From assembly GCA_963664705.1 (NCBI GenBank), contig OY761556.1:1792001-1856000 (forward strand): a stretch of 64,000 nt of DNA, in the 5' to 3' direction. Source of the stretch: Acidobacteriota bacterium (lineage in GTDB: Bacteria > Acidobacteriota > UBA6911). Positions 50,378 through 59,613 of this stretch are shown in pieces; positions within the stretch are counted from its first letter, which is position 1; every line of letters begins with the position of its first letter. Position numbers and translations under genes: made by a program. The notes under the pieces are model-generated. The model saw nothing but the letters and a program-made list of their open reading frames with translations, made no database searches and was not told the origin of the DNA.

Positions 50378-50450
50378 AAATTGCATTGTAACCCCTTTGA
50401 ATGGCAGTGTGGATGGGGATGGAGTTTGAGAATCTGTTTGAGGGAATCCT

Positions 50451-51707
50451 ATGTTGAATGAGACAGGCCGCCAGGCGCGATCCGCTTCTCGTCAGATGGC
50501 GCAGGCGACTACCGCAAAAAAGAACGAGGCTCTGACGAGGCTGGCGGAATTATTGGTGCGGGCAGAGAAGAGAATTTTGGTCGAAAATGCGCGGGATATT
50601 GACGCAGCCCGCAGCGCGGGCATGAACGAAGCGCTTGTGGACCGATTAACTCTGAACGGCAAAAGACTGGAAGGCCTGGCTTCCGACCTCCGTCGTGTGG
50701 GGGAGCTTGCAGATCCCATCGGTGAGAAATTTGACGAGGTCGTGCTTCCCAACGGCCTGAAGCTTTGGAAACAGCGTGTTCCTCTTGGAGTCGTGGGTGT
50801 GGTTTATGAGTCGCGACCCAACGTGACCATTGATGTAGCGTGTCTTGCCATAAAAACGGGAAATGCAGCTGTTTTACGCGGCGGGAAGGAATCGCTGCAT
50901 TCTAATCGCATTCTCGCGGAAATGGCCCGCCAGGCACTGGGCGAAAGTGGATTGCCCTCGGAAGCCATACAGTTTATCGATAATCCCGATCGCGCCCTTG
51001 TGCTCGAGCTTCTGCATCTGCACGAATATGTGGACATCATTATTCCCCGCGGTGGTGCTGATTTGCATCGTTTCTGCCGCGAAAACAGTCAGATCCCGGT
51101 CATCACGGGTGGAATCGGGATCTGCCACATTTTTGTTGATGAATCGGCCGATCTGGAAAAAGCGCTTCCCGTGATCCACAATGCCAAAACGCAGCGCCCT
51201 TCAGTATGCAATGCTTTGGACACGCTGCTGGTTCACCGCAATATTGCCGATGCCTTTCTGCCGCGAATTGTCGAATTTCTCGAGCCGGCGGGTGTGACCT
51301 TCCGTGCGGACGAGACAGCGATGCAATACCTGCGAAAGGGAGAGCGGAAATCGGTTCAGGCAGCCGCTGCCGCCGATTTCGATACTGAATGGATGGCACT
51401 TATTCTTGGCCTTAAGGTGGTAAACGGGTTGGACGAAGCCATTGCTCACACAAACGCGCACAGCATGGGGCACTCGGATTCGATCTTGACGGAAAATCCG
51501 GAACACGCGGCGCGCTGGCTCAACGAGGTAGATTCCGCAGCCGTCTATGTCAATGCCTCAACCCGATTCACGGATGGCGGACAGTTCGGTCTTGGGGCGG
51601 AAGTGGCTATCTCAACTCAGCGCCTTCACGCGAGAGGACCAATGGGGCTGCGGGAATTGACTACCTACAAATGGGCTGCCAAAGGGGAGTACCACGTTAG
51701 AGTGTAA
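50451..51707 (+). CDS. proA: Gamma-glutamyl phosphate reductase
   Basis: VPLGVVGVVYESRPNVT, LRGGKE, IPRGG, VCNA, NASTRFTDG.QFGLGAE and HARGPMGL. Confidence 0.97.
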   Translation: MLNETGRQARSASRQMAQATTAKKNEALTRLAELLVRAEKRILVENARDIDAARSAGMNEALVDRLTLNGKRLEGLASDLRRVGELADPIGEKFDEVVLPNGLKLWKQRVPLGVVGVVYESRPNVTIDVACLAIKTGNAAVLRGGKESLHSNRILAEMARQALGESGLPSEAIQFIDNPDRALVLELLHLHEYVDIIIPRGGADLHRFCRENSQIPVITGGIGICHIFVDESADLEKALPVIHNAKTQRPSVCNALDTLLVHRNIADAFLPRIVEFLEPAGVTFRADETAMQYLRKGERKSVQAAAAADFDTEWMALILGLKVVNGLDEAIAHTNAHSMGHSDSILTENPEHAARWLNEVDSAAVYVNASTRFTDGGQFGLGAEVAISTQRLHARGPMGLRELTTYKWAAKGEYHVRV

Positions 51708-51789
51708 TCTCTGGATTGCGAGACCAAGATCAACAATGCACCAGGGAGTTCATCCTGGCTTTCGATTTGGTTTTCATGGGTGACTGAAT

Positions 51790-53217
51790 ATGGCTTTTCA
51801 AAGTTTGAGGGATTTCCTGGAAGCATTGCAGCGAAACGGCCAGCTGGTAACGGTGAATGACACCGTGTGGCCGGAACCTGATATTCGAACCTATCTGCGT
51901 GCCGCAGCGGATCTGGGAAGTGAGAGCCCCGCAGTCGTTTTCGACAACATTCGGGGATATCGCGGGCTGCGGATTGCGGGCAATGTTCACGGATCCTGGG
52001 TTAACCATGCGATTCTGCTGGGTATGCACCGGGATGCGACCATCCGTGAACAGTTTTTTCAGGTGGAAAAGCTTTGGAACAATCTGGATAAGGGAGAGCT
52101 GCAGTGGGTAAACAATCCACCCTGCCAGGAAGTCGTTCATGACAAAGATATCAACCTTTATGAACTGATGCCCCTTTTTCGAATCAATCAGAACGACGGA
52201 GGATGTTATTTCAGCAAAGCCTGTGTCGTGTCTCAGGATCCGGATGATCCCGACAGTCTCGAAAAGGAAAATGTGGGCATTTACCGCGTGATGGTTCAGG
52301 GTCCGGATACTCTTGGGATGCAGGGCTTGCCCTACCACGACATTGCCCGGCACCTGAAAACGGCTGAGGAACAGGATATGCCTCTTCCGGTGGCCATTTG
52401 CATCGGAACTCCGCCATTATTGACAACAATGGCAGCCACGCCCCTGGCCTATAACCAATCCGAATACAAAGCTACCGCGGCCATGATGGGCGAGCCGCTG
52501 CAAATGACGAAAGCCCTGGACAGTAATCTGAATATCGCGGCGCATTCGGAATATGTGATCGAAGGGGAAGTGATTCCCCGGCAGCGTTTCTGCGAAGGAC
52601 CGTTTGGAGAGTTTCCTGGCAGTTATTCGGGCGTGCGAAAACAGGTTCGGATCAAGATAAACAAGGTAACGCATCGTCGCAACCCGATCCATGAAACGTT
52701 GTTTATCGGGAAACCGTGGACCGAACACGACACAATGATCGGGTTGTGGACATCCGTCCCTATCTACAAACAGATAAAGACCGACTTTCCCGAGATTCAG
52801 TGTGTCAACGCAACCTACCAGCACGGGCTTACCACCATTATCTCTTCCGATATCCGGTTGGGAGGCTTCGGGAAGACTCTTGCCTTCAGGGTGGCTTCGA
52901 CTCCGCACGGCACTTCATATTGCAAAAACATCATCGTTGTCGATGGGGATATTGATCCCTTCAATCTTGAAAAGGTCATGTGGGCGCTGTCCACAAGGGT
53001 GCGGGCAGACAAGGATGTTACGATTGTTCAGAACACGCCGGGCATGCCTCTCGATCCATGCTCGGAACCGGCCGGCATGGGATGCAAACTGATAATTGAT
53101 GCCACAACTCCCGTGACTCCGGATACCATGCGCGAAATAACCATGATCGCGGATCCTCCGGGGAGTGCCCAGGCTTCTGAAAAACTGCGGCAAGCATGGA
53201 AACCGGCTGGCGAATAA
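51790..53217 (+). CDS. UbiD-family decarboxylase, hydroxyarylic acid decarboxylase subunit C type
   Basis: NVHGSW.NHA, DGGCY..KACVVS.DP, NVGIYR, EGPFGEFPGSYSG, GKPWTE and VMWALSTR. Confidence 0.88.
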   Translation: MAFQSLRDFLEALQRNGQLVTVNDTVWPEPDIRTYLRAAADLGSESPAVVFDNIRGYRGLRIAGNVHGSWVNHAILLGMHRDATIREQFFQVEKLWNNLDKGELQWVNNPPCQEVVHDKDINLYELMPLFRINQNDGGCYFSKACVVSQDPDDPDSLEKENVGIYRVMVQGPDTLGMQGLPYHDIARHLKTAEEQDMPLPVAICIGTPPLLTTMAATPLAYNQSEYKATAAMMGEPLQMTKALDSNLNIAAHSEYVIEGEVIPRQRFCEGPFGEFPGSYSGVRKQVRIKINKVTHRRNPIHETLFIGKPWTEHDTMIGLWTSVPIYKQIKTDFPEIQCVNATYQHGLTTIISSDIRLGGFGKTLAFRVASTPHGTSYCKNIIVVDGDIDPFNLEKVMWALSTRVRADKDVTIVQNTPGMPLDPCSEPAGMGCKLIIDATTPVTPDTMREITMIADPPGSAQASEKLRQAWKPAGE

Positions 53218-53232
53218 AGGAGAAATTGAATT

Positions 53233-53460
53233 ATGAAGTGCCTGCGTTGTCTAAAAGATACGGCAGCGAAAATCGCCGAAGCACCCGATGGCAGTAACGC
53301 CTGGGAAATGTATTATTGCGAACGATGCAATTACAGTTGGCGCTCGTCGGAAGAGCCGGAAATTACGGTGCTGGAAAAGAGAGATCCGGAATTTCAGCTC
53401 GGCAGTCTCGATCTTGATTCGCTGCAAATGCTGAATCCTATTCCTCCGCTAAGAAAATAA
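53233..53460 (+). CDS. Hydroxyarylic acid decarboxylase subunit D (BsdD/VdcD-like)
   Basis: 75 aa, CxRC...WE.Y.C.RC.YSWRS.E, C-terminal PIPPL; directly follows the UbiD gene. Confidence 0.85.
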   Translation: MKCLRCLKDTAAKIAEAPDGSNAWEMYYCERCNYSWRSSEEPEITVLEKRDPEFQLGSLDLDSLQMLNPIPPLRK

Positions 53461-53516
53461 CGTTCCGGGACTGATAGCGGGATCAAAGATTCATCCTGTG
53501 GGAGAAAGGATCATCG

Positions 53517-53849
53517 ATGGATCATACTCTGGTTACAACAAATATACAGTTGGAAGGGTATAAAGTTGTAAAACACCTGGGCGTTGTTCGAGGAATCATT
53601 GTGCGCTCGAGGTCGATTTTCGGAAATATCGGGGCTGGGCTTCAAACCCTGGTGGGTGGAAACATAACTCTGTACACAGATTTGTGTGAGAGAACTCGCC
53701 GGGATGCGTACGAACTCATGATCTACCATGCAGAGCAGGTGGGAGCGAACGCAATCCTTTCCTTCCGGTATGACGCGACAGAGATCGCCTCCGGCGTTAC
53801 CGAAGTGTTGGCTTATGGCGCAGCAGTAGTGGTGGAAAAAGCCCAATGA
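53517..53849 (+). CDS. YbjQ/UPF0145 family protein
   Basis: LGVVRG, LVGG, GANAI...RYD and EVLAYG.AV. Confidence 0.92.
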   Translation: MDHTLVTTNIQLEGYKVVKHLGVVRGIIVRSRSIFGNIGAGLQTLVGGNITLYTDLCERTRRDAYELMIYHAEQVGANAILSFRYDATEIASGVTEVLAYGAAVVVEKAQ

Positions 53850-53864
53850 TAGCGACTGTGATCG

Positions 53865-54500
53865 TTAACGCTTCATGAACTGTTCGCGCTCGGTCTCCAG
53901 AATAGTGACGTGATCTTCCTCTTCGGCCGCCAGTTCTCGGTAGAGTTCTTTTTGAGGGCCAGGAGGCAGCTCATTAGCATGGGTCAGAAATCTGTTTCGG
54001 GTCCTGCGCTCCATCGCTATGGCTTTATTGTAAACCTGCAGGATATGCCCCTCGTTGTTTTTAAAGTCGATCCCGTGAAAGATAAATCCGTATACGATTT
54101 TTTCATCGTCTTCCGGCATTTCACGCAGTTTCGGATCCAGGTGAAGATGATATTTCTCCTCGAGTTCTCTCAGATGATCCTCTTCTTTATGGAAGAGTTC
54201 CTCGAGAACCGCATGGAGGACCTGGTCTTTGGTTTTCTGTGAGGCAATGCGATAGAAGTGATACATGTCCAACTCGAATTGTACCGCTTCCTGGACAATC
54301 GCCACATCATCGGCGCTAACCCCGGTATAGCCCTCGATCAATTCGTTTTCGCCACCGCACAGGAAACACCGTCCATACGGGATAACAAAGCCGGTCGAGA
54401 GTTTCCCGCATGACTTGCATTTCCACGTATGCTTGATTTCCGCACAGCAGACCGTATCATTTTCGACAACTTGGTGGCACTTGGGGCAGGTCGATGGCAT
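53865..54500 (-). CDS. Ferritin-like/rubrerythrin protein with a Cys-rich N-terminus
   Basis: Eight N-terminal Cys (CxxC, CC, CxxC, CxxC) followed by two E...EExH di-iron motifs. Confidence 0.75.
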   Translation of the reverse strand: MPSTCPKCHQVVENDTVCCAEIKHTWKCKSCGKLSTGFVIPYGRCFLCGGENELIEGYTGVSADDVAIVQEAVQFELDMYHFYRIASQKTKDQVLHAVLEELFHKEEDHLRELEEKYHLHLDPKLREMPEDDEKIVYGFIFHGIDFKNNEGHILQVYNKAIAMERRTRNRFLTHANELPPGPQKELYRELAAEEEDHVTILETEREQFMKR

Positions 54501-54708
54501 ATACCGCTCCTCTAGTTATTGCTATATTTTCTGCTCTTCACCAACTCCTGTTTCCATACAAATGTATCATAGGATTCCAAATGTCTCCATGCCGTTCCCT
54601 ATGGAAGAAAAAGTGAATTCGCGTACGGGATATATTCGAATCCCGGTTTTCGGAATGCCCCGTTTCAGTTAGAATGAGACTACAAACCTTTTTGAATTGG
54701 GAAGATAG

Positions 54709-55884
54709 ATGATCAAAGAAAAGATAAGGCAGGCTGTCGAGATTCTCCACGAAAAGAACATAGATATGTGGCTGACTTTCGTTCGGGAAAGTGCAACCAT
54801 GCCGGACCCCTCGATCGAAATGGTCATCGGAAATCACTGCACGTGGCAGACCGCCTGGATTATTACCCAAAGCGGCGAAAGCATTGCCATCGCAGGAAGC
54901 CTCGACGTCGCCAATATCAAAAAGGCCGGTCATTTCCAAACTGTCATTCCATACGTGGAAGGGATAGGGAAGGATCTTCTGCGGGAGATTAAGCGTATCA
55001 GGCCCAACAAGATCGCGATCAATTACTCGAAGGACTCGGTCATGTCGGATGGGCTTACCCACGGCATGTATCTGCAATTGATGGAATACCTGAAGGGCAC
55101 GCCTTATGAAAAAAGGCTGGTTTCATCGCAGGAAATCTATTCCGCATTGCGAGGAAGAAAGACGCCGGAGGAAATTCGACGCATCAAGAAGGCAATTCAG
55201 CTGACGCTGTCGATCTATGACAAGGTTACGGGCTATTTGGCGCCGGGCCAAACCGAGAAGGAGGTCGCAGACTTCATTTTGGCTCAGGTCGCGGATTTGG
55301 GTGTAAAACTTGCGTGGGAACCGGATCATTGCCCAGCTGTTTTTACCGGACCCAAACATGCGGGAGCGCATATTGGTCCCTCAAAACGCAAAATAGAGAG
55401 AGGGCATATCCTGAATATAGATTTTGGCGTGAAGGTCGACGGCTACTGTTCGGATCTTCAGCGTACGTGGTACATCCTCCGGAAGGGAGAACGCAAGGCT
55501 CCGACGGAAGTGCAGCGCGGATTCAACGTCATTCGTGATTCCATTCGGCTGGCTGCGGATTGCCTGAAACCCGGGTCTGTATCCTGGAAGGTGGATGATG
55601 CAGCCCGCTCCTATATTATGGCAAACGGATATCCGGAGTTTCCGCATGCGCTGGGCCATCAGGTCGGTAGAGCCGCGCACGATGGAGGCGTTGGCCTGAT
55701 GCCGAAATGGGAACGATACGGGATGCTGCCACAGGGAAAAATTGAGGCTGGACAAGTATTTACCATTGAGCCTCGCCTGCCGGTGGAAGGATATGGAATT
55801 GCCACTATCGAGGAAATCGTCTGGGTGACGGAAAGCGTTACCAGATTTTTGTCCAAACCGCAGACAGCGCTTTATATCGTGTAA
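54709..55884 (+). CDS. M24 family Xaa-Pro peptidase
   Basis: IDFG, CSDLQRT, HALGHQVG..HD, FTIEP and IEE metal ligands. Confidence 0.9.
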   Translation: MIKEKIRQAVEILHEKNIDMWLTFVRESATMPDPSIEMVIGNHCTWQTAWIITQSGESIAIAGSLDVANIKKAGHFQTVIPYVEGIGKDLLREIKRIRPNKIAINYSKDSVMSDGLTHGMYLQLMEYLKGTPYEKRLVSSQEIYSALRGRKTPEEIRRIKKAIQLTLSIYDKVTGYLAPGQTEKEVADFILAQVADLGVKLAWEPDHCPAVFTGPKHAGAHIGPSKRKIERGHILNIDFGVKVDGYCSDLQRTWYILRKGERKAPTEVQRGFNVIRDSIRLAADCLKPGSVSWKVDDAARSYIMANGYPEFPHALGHQVGRAAHDGGVGLMPKWERYGMLPQGKIEAGQVFTIEPRLPVEGYGIATIEEIVWVTESVTRFLSKPQTALYIV

Positions 55885-56082
55885 CGCCGCCGAAAGCAAA
55901 GATACTGCCTTGACGAGAGGATACTTTCCCTTCCAGCGATTGCAAACACTGGACAGAGATAGGTATTCCACACTGCCGCAACGACGGGTTTGCCTCAAGG
56001 CAATAGGCTGCCGCGGATACTTCCCGAATCGACAATTTGTGCGGGAATTCTCCTAAACGAAGAGTCTTCAACAAAAAAAGGA

Positions 56083-56110
56083 CAAAGTATTTGGTTGCGT
56101 TTGCCGATAC
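56083..56110 (+). promoter_or_regulatory. Sigma-28 (FliA)-like promoter of the HDOD-GGDEF gene
   Basis: CAAA-N16-GCCGATAC. Confidence 0.55.
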
Positions 56111-56180
56111 TGGTGACTGTAGAGCAGGTGCGCAATATAACCAGAGGATAACAACCTAGACAGGCCAACAAACCAATATC

Positions 56181-57671
56181 ATGCATCAGGAAAACCTCGA
56201 GGGGCCAAGAATCGTTGTTGCGAACGACGTCATCCCGGAGAAACTCCTGCAATTACTGCAGGCATGCCGAACCCTCCCCAGCGTTCCGGGAGTGGTTATG
56301 GAAGTGCTGGATCTATCCCAGGATCCCGATATCGGCACGGCCAAAATCGCAAAGGTGATTGCGAGGGATCCGGCTCTCGTTGCCAAAATCCTGAAAGTGG
56401 CAAACTCCGCGTGGTATGGGGTCCGGCGTGAGGTCACAACGCTGAACCAGGCCGTGAATTTGCTGGGCATTAATGGAACAATGAGTCTTGCGCTCAGCTT
56501 TTCGCTGGTTCGGGGGTTGCAGAAGGACAATACCTCCAGTTTTGATCACCAGGCGTATTGGAGACGCTCTGTGATATCAGCGACAGCCGCCCTCTCGGTC
56601 GGGAAGTTCATGAAGGCATACAATAATGACGAGATATTTCTCGCCAGCCTCTTGCAGGATATTGGAATGCTGGTTCTGAACGAGGCGGTCAAGGGCTACG
56701 GCAAGACTGTTGCGGACGCCAACAAAGACCACAATCGGCTTATAGAGATTGAGCGCGGGGAGTTCGGAACAGATCATGCCATCGTGGGCCGATGGTTTCT
56801 GGAAAAGTGGGGATTGCCGGAGGTCCTGGTATCGTCTGTATATACAAGCCATAGAACGGAAGGGATCGAGGACCAGCTGTCCAAAGCAGTGGCAATTGGC
56901 GGAAGAATTGCCGAGATCTGGTCTAACCCAATGACCGCTGCCGCTGCCGCCTCTACATCGGACGCGGTTCGCAATATGCTGGGAGCACCACCGGAACAGT
57001 TCGATGTCATTCTCTCAAAAACGGCTGCCGATCTGCCGGAAGTCACCGGCAATCTCGACATTCCCGTGGGAGATGAGACCTTCATCAGTGGGCTATTGGA
57101 CCAGGCTCGGGAAGCTCTGGCGGAACTGAACATCAGAGCAATGCAGGAAGCCAGGCACTTCGCTATCCAAGCACAGCGCGACGCCCTGACATCTCTCTAC
57201 AACCGTACGCAATTGAACAATGTACTTGGCGTTCAGTTCGATCTGAGCCGCAAGATGTCTCAACCGCTAACCATCATCTTCATCGATATAGACAAGTTCA
57301 AAAGCATCAATGACAGCTATGGGCATCATGCCGGAGATTCCGTCCTGATTTCCGTCGCAGGCAAAATCCAGGGCGCGACCCGGGATTCTGATACGCTTGT
57401 GCGCTTTGGCGGAGATGAGTTTGTCGTGTTGTTGAGCAATACCGGCGAGGAAATTGCCGCGAAAATCGCGGAAAGAATCCGGTCGTCCGTTGGCGATCAG
57501 CCTCACAGCATCGGGGAAGGTCATTACATCAACGTGACGGTGTCGGTAGGCTGGGCGACGCTTTCGCCTCAATCGACAATCCTCTCGGCAAAGGAACTGC
57601 TGGAAGCAGCGGACCGCAGCCTATATGTTGCGAAAACCAACGGCCGCAATCAGGTTGCCAAAGCAGGATAA
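56181..57671 (+). CDS. HDOD-domain diguanylate cyclase
   Basis: HDOD (LPSVP, DPALVAKILKVANS, LLQDIG, WGLP) plus DALT.LYNR, DID.FK.IND.YGH..GD, RxxD I-site and RFGGDEF. Confidence 0.93.
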   Translation: MHQENLEGPRIVVANDVIPEKLLQLLQACRTLPSVPGVVMEVLDLSQDPDIGTAKIAKVIARDPALVAKILKVANSAWYGVRREVTTLNQAVNLLGINGTMSLALSFSLVRGLQKDNTSSFDHQAYWRRSVISATAALSVGKFMKAYNNDEIFLASLLQDIGMLVLNEAVKGYGKTVADANKDHNRLIEIERGEFGTDHAIVGRWFLEKWGLPEVLVSSVYTSHRTEGIEDQLSKAVAIGGRIAEIWSNPMTAAAAASTSDAVRNMLGAPPEQFDVILSKTAADLPEVTGNLDIPVGDETFISGLLDQAREALAELNIRAMQEARHFAIQAQRDALTSLYNRTQLNNVLGVQFDLSRKMSQPLTIIFIDIDKFKSINDSYGHHAGDSVLISVAGKIQGATRDSDTLVRFGGDEFVVLLSNTGEEIAAKIAERIRSSVGDQPHSIGEGHYINVTVSVGWATLSPQSTILSAKELLEAADRSLYVAKTNGRNQVAKAG

Positions 57672-57895
57672 CCGAAAAGCAGTCTGACCACCACTCAAGC
57701 AGGAATAGCCAAATTACTCCCGGGCAGTTTTCCGCCCGAATGCGGTAAATCCCACCCTGTATTTTGTCGTATGTCAAAAGCGCCAGTAGTGCGACAATCA
57801 ACCCCCCAGAAGCAATTCCAAATAATCAGGTAGCGAAAAGGGCGGCAGGCCCTATTCACGTCGATGACTACCGTTGTGAATGAGGAGGTAGGAAT

Positions 57896-59581
57896 TTGAA
57901 TAATCGCCAAACTGGAAGGCTCCGGGCAATCAGGTTCTTGCCGTGGCTACTTTGCTTGTGCGCGTATCCCGGCTTTGGCCAGGATCAAAAAGCAGAAAGG
58001 GCGAACGAGCAGAAAAGCCAAACAACTTTTCGTGTGCCGGTCAATGTAGTGGTTGTTAGTGCCACGGTCACCGACAAGACAGGAAATCCTGTAACGGATT
58101 TGAAGGCGGATGACTTCAGAGTGTATGACAATGGAAAGCCGCAGGCCATTCAAACTTTCGCCATGGAATCGTATGGTCCTGTGGAGGGAGAAAAGATGCC
58201 GGACTCCGGGACCTCCTCTGCAAAACCGGCAAAGACAGCCAACGCAACGCGTCCCCGCATGATTTCCATCATCATTGACGATCTGACCATGGAATCCTCG
58301 TCAGATCTGATGCGGATGACGCAATCGGTGACCGATTTTCTGAAGAAGGAAACCGGGCCGATGGATCTTGTAGCCGTTTTGTCCGGGTCAGGCAATGTTC
58401 AGTTCCCCTTCTCTGATGACCCTCAACAGCTTTTTGAGGGTGTTACCGCGGCTTTAAGAAAACTCAATTACACGACGACCTTTAGATCAAGTTGTCCGAA
58501 GCTCACCGACATTACGGCCTGGAGAATTGCGGATGGAATGCACAACTACCAAGTCAATTTCACGGCACTGATTGAGGAAACGATAAATTGCCTTGGCCTG
58601 GATGAAAACAAGCCGGAGTCCAAACAAACCGCAGAAAGTTTCCTGCGCGCCTCCGCTTCGCAACAGGCGCAGATTGATCTCTTCCGGACCCGAAGTCTGT
58701 TACAGACAATCCGACAGCATATTCGTGCGCTGCGACATTTTGAGGGTGCGAAGAAGATCGTCCTTTTTTCTGATGGATTCCTGACGGAAGCCGGAAGCTC
58801 ATCCGCATATCAGCTGCAGGAGATCATCGATCTTGCATTGCGTTCCGGCATTGTTTTGAACAGCATCAATATGCGCGGACTGACTTACGAAGCGCAGGAC
58901 AATGACGACATGCTCGCGCAGGAAAGCCCTCTGAACCAGATTGCCTATGAGACCGGAGGGACGTTTTTTCATAACGATAACAACTTTTATAAGGGTTTGA
59001 AGGAAGTTGTGAAGAGGCAGTCCTATCATTACATCCTTGGCTATGGCATCGCCGCGCCAAAAGCGGATGGCAATTACCATCACATAAAGCTCGAGGTAAA
59101 TCGGCCGGGCATCCAGGTTTCCTATCGAAAAGGGTATTACACACAAAAAGAAGTCCTGAACTATGAGAACAGGAAAAAGGATGACATTCTTGAGGCTTTG
59201 AGTGGCCCGGGAAACATGAACGAAATCCCAATGACTCTCGCATACAACTATTTCCTCGACGATGATTCGAGCTACGCCGTTTCATTCACGACAAATGCCA
59301 ATATTCGTGGACTTCAATTTCCGGTGGAAGAGTCAAGGCGCAGAAATCTGATCAGTTTCGTTTGGGCTGTATTCGATGAAAATGGCAACTATATTCAGGG
59401 GATGGAGCGTTCCATTGATTTCCGGCTGTTGGAAAGCAGCTACGGCAATGTACGAGAGCAGGGACTTTCCAGCCGTATTGAGTTCAAACTGCCGCAGGGG
59501 AGGTATCGAATAAAGGCGGTGGTGCGGGAGAATATTCAAGGCAAGCTTGGATCTATTGCAAAGGGCGTTGAAATTCCATAG
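57896..59581 (+). CDS. VWA domain protein (Acidobacterial type), exported
   Basis: Signal peptide; TFRVPVNVVVV, GNPVTDL..DDF.VYDNGKPQ, KKIVLFSDGF, ETGG and YILGY...DG.YHHI. Confidence 0.85.
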   Translation: MNNRQTGRLRAIRFLPWLLCLCAYPGFGQDQKAERANEQKSQTTFRVPVNVVVVSATVTDKTGNPVTDLKADDFRVYDNGKPQAIQTFAMESYGPVEGEKMPDSGTSSAKPAKTANATRPRMISIIIDDLTMESSSDLMRMTQSVTDFLKKETGPMDLVAVLSGSGNVQFPFSDDPQQLFEGVTAALRKLNYTTTFRSSCPKLTDITAWRIADGMHNYQVNFTALIEETINCLGLDENKPESKQTAESFLRASASQQAQIDLFRTRSLLQTIRQHIRALRHFEGAKKIVLFSDGFLTEAGSSSAYQLQEIIDLALRSGIVLNSINMRGLTYEAQDNDDMLAQESPLNQIAYETGGTFFHNDNNFYKGLKEVVKRQSYHYILGYGIAAPKADGNYHHIKLEVNRPGIQVSYRKGYYTQKEVLNYENRKKDDILEALSGPGNMNEIPMTLAYNYFLDDDSSYAVSFTTNANIRGLQFPVEESRRRNLISFVWAVFDENGNYIQGMERSIDFRLLESSYGNVREQGLSSRIEFKLPQGRYRIKAVVRENIQGKLGSIAKGVEIP

Positions 59582-59613
59582 GAATCACCTGTAAGGAGAG
59601 GGGAGAACTGCAT

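Noticed and set aside
55901-56025. Short repeats (ggatactt(t)ccc twice; tgccttga/tcaaggca) upstream of HDOD-GGDEF
   Set aside because: Too short and irregular to support an RNA structure or operator, and they lie upstream of the predicted promoter.
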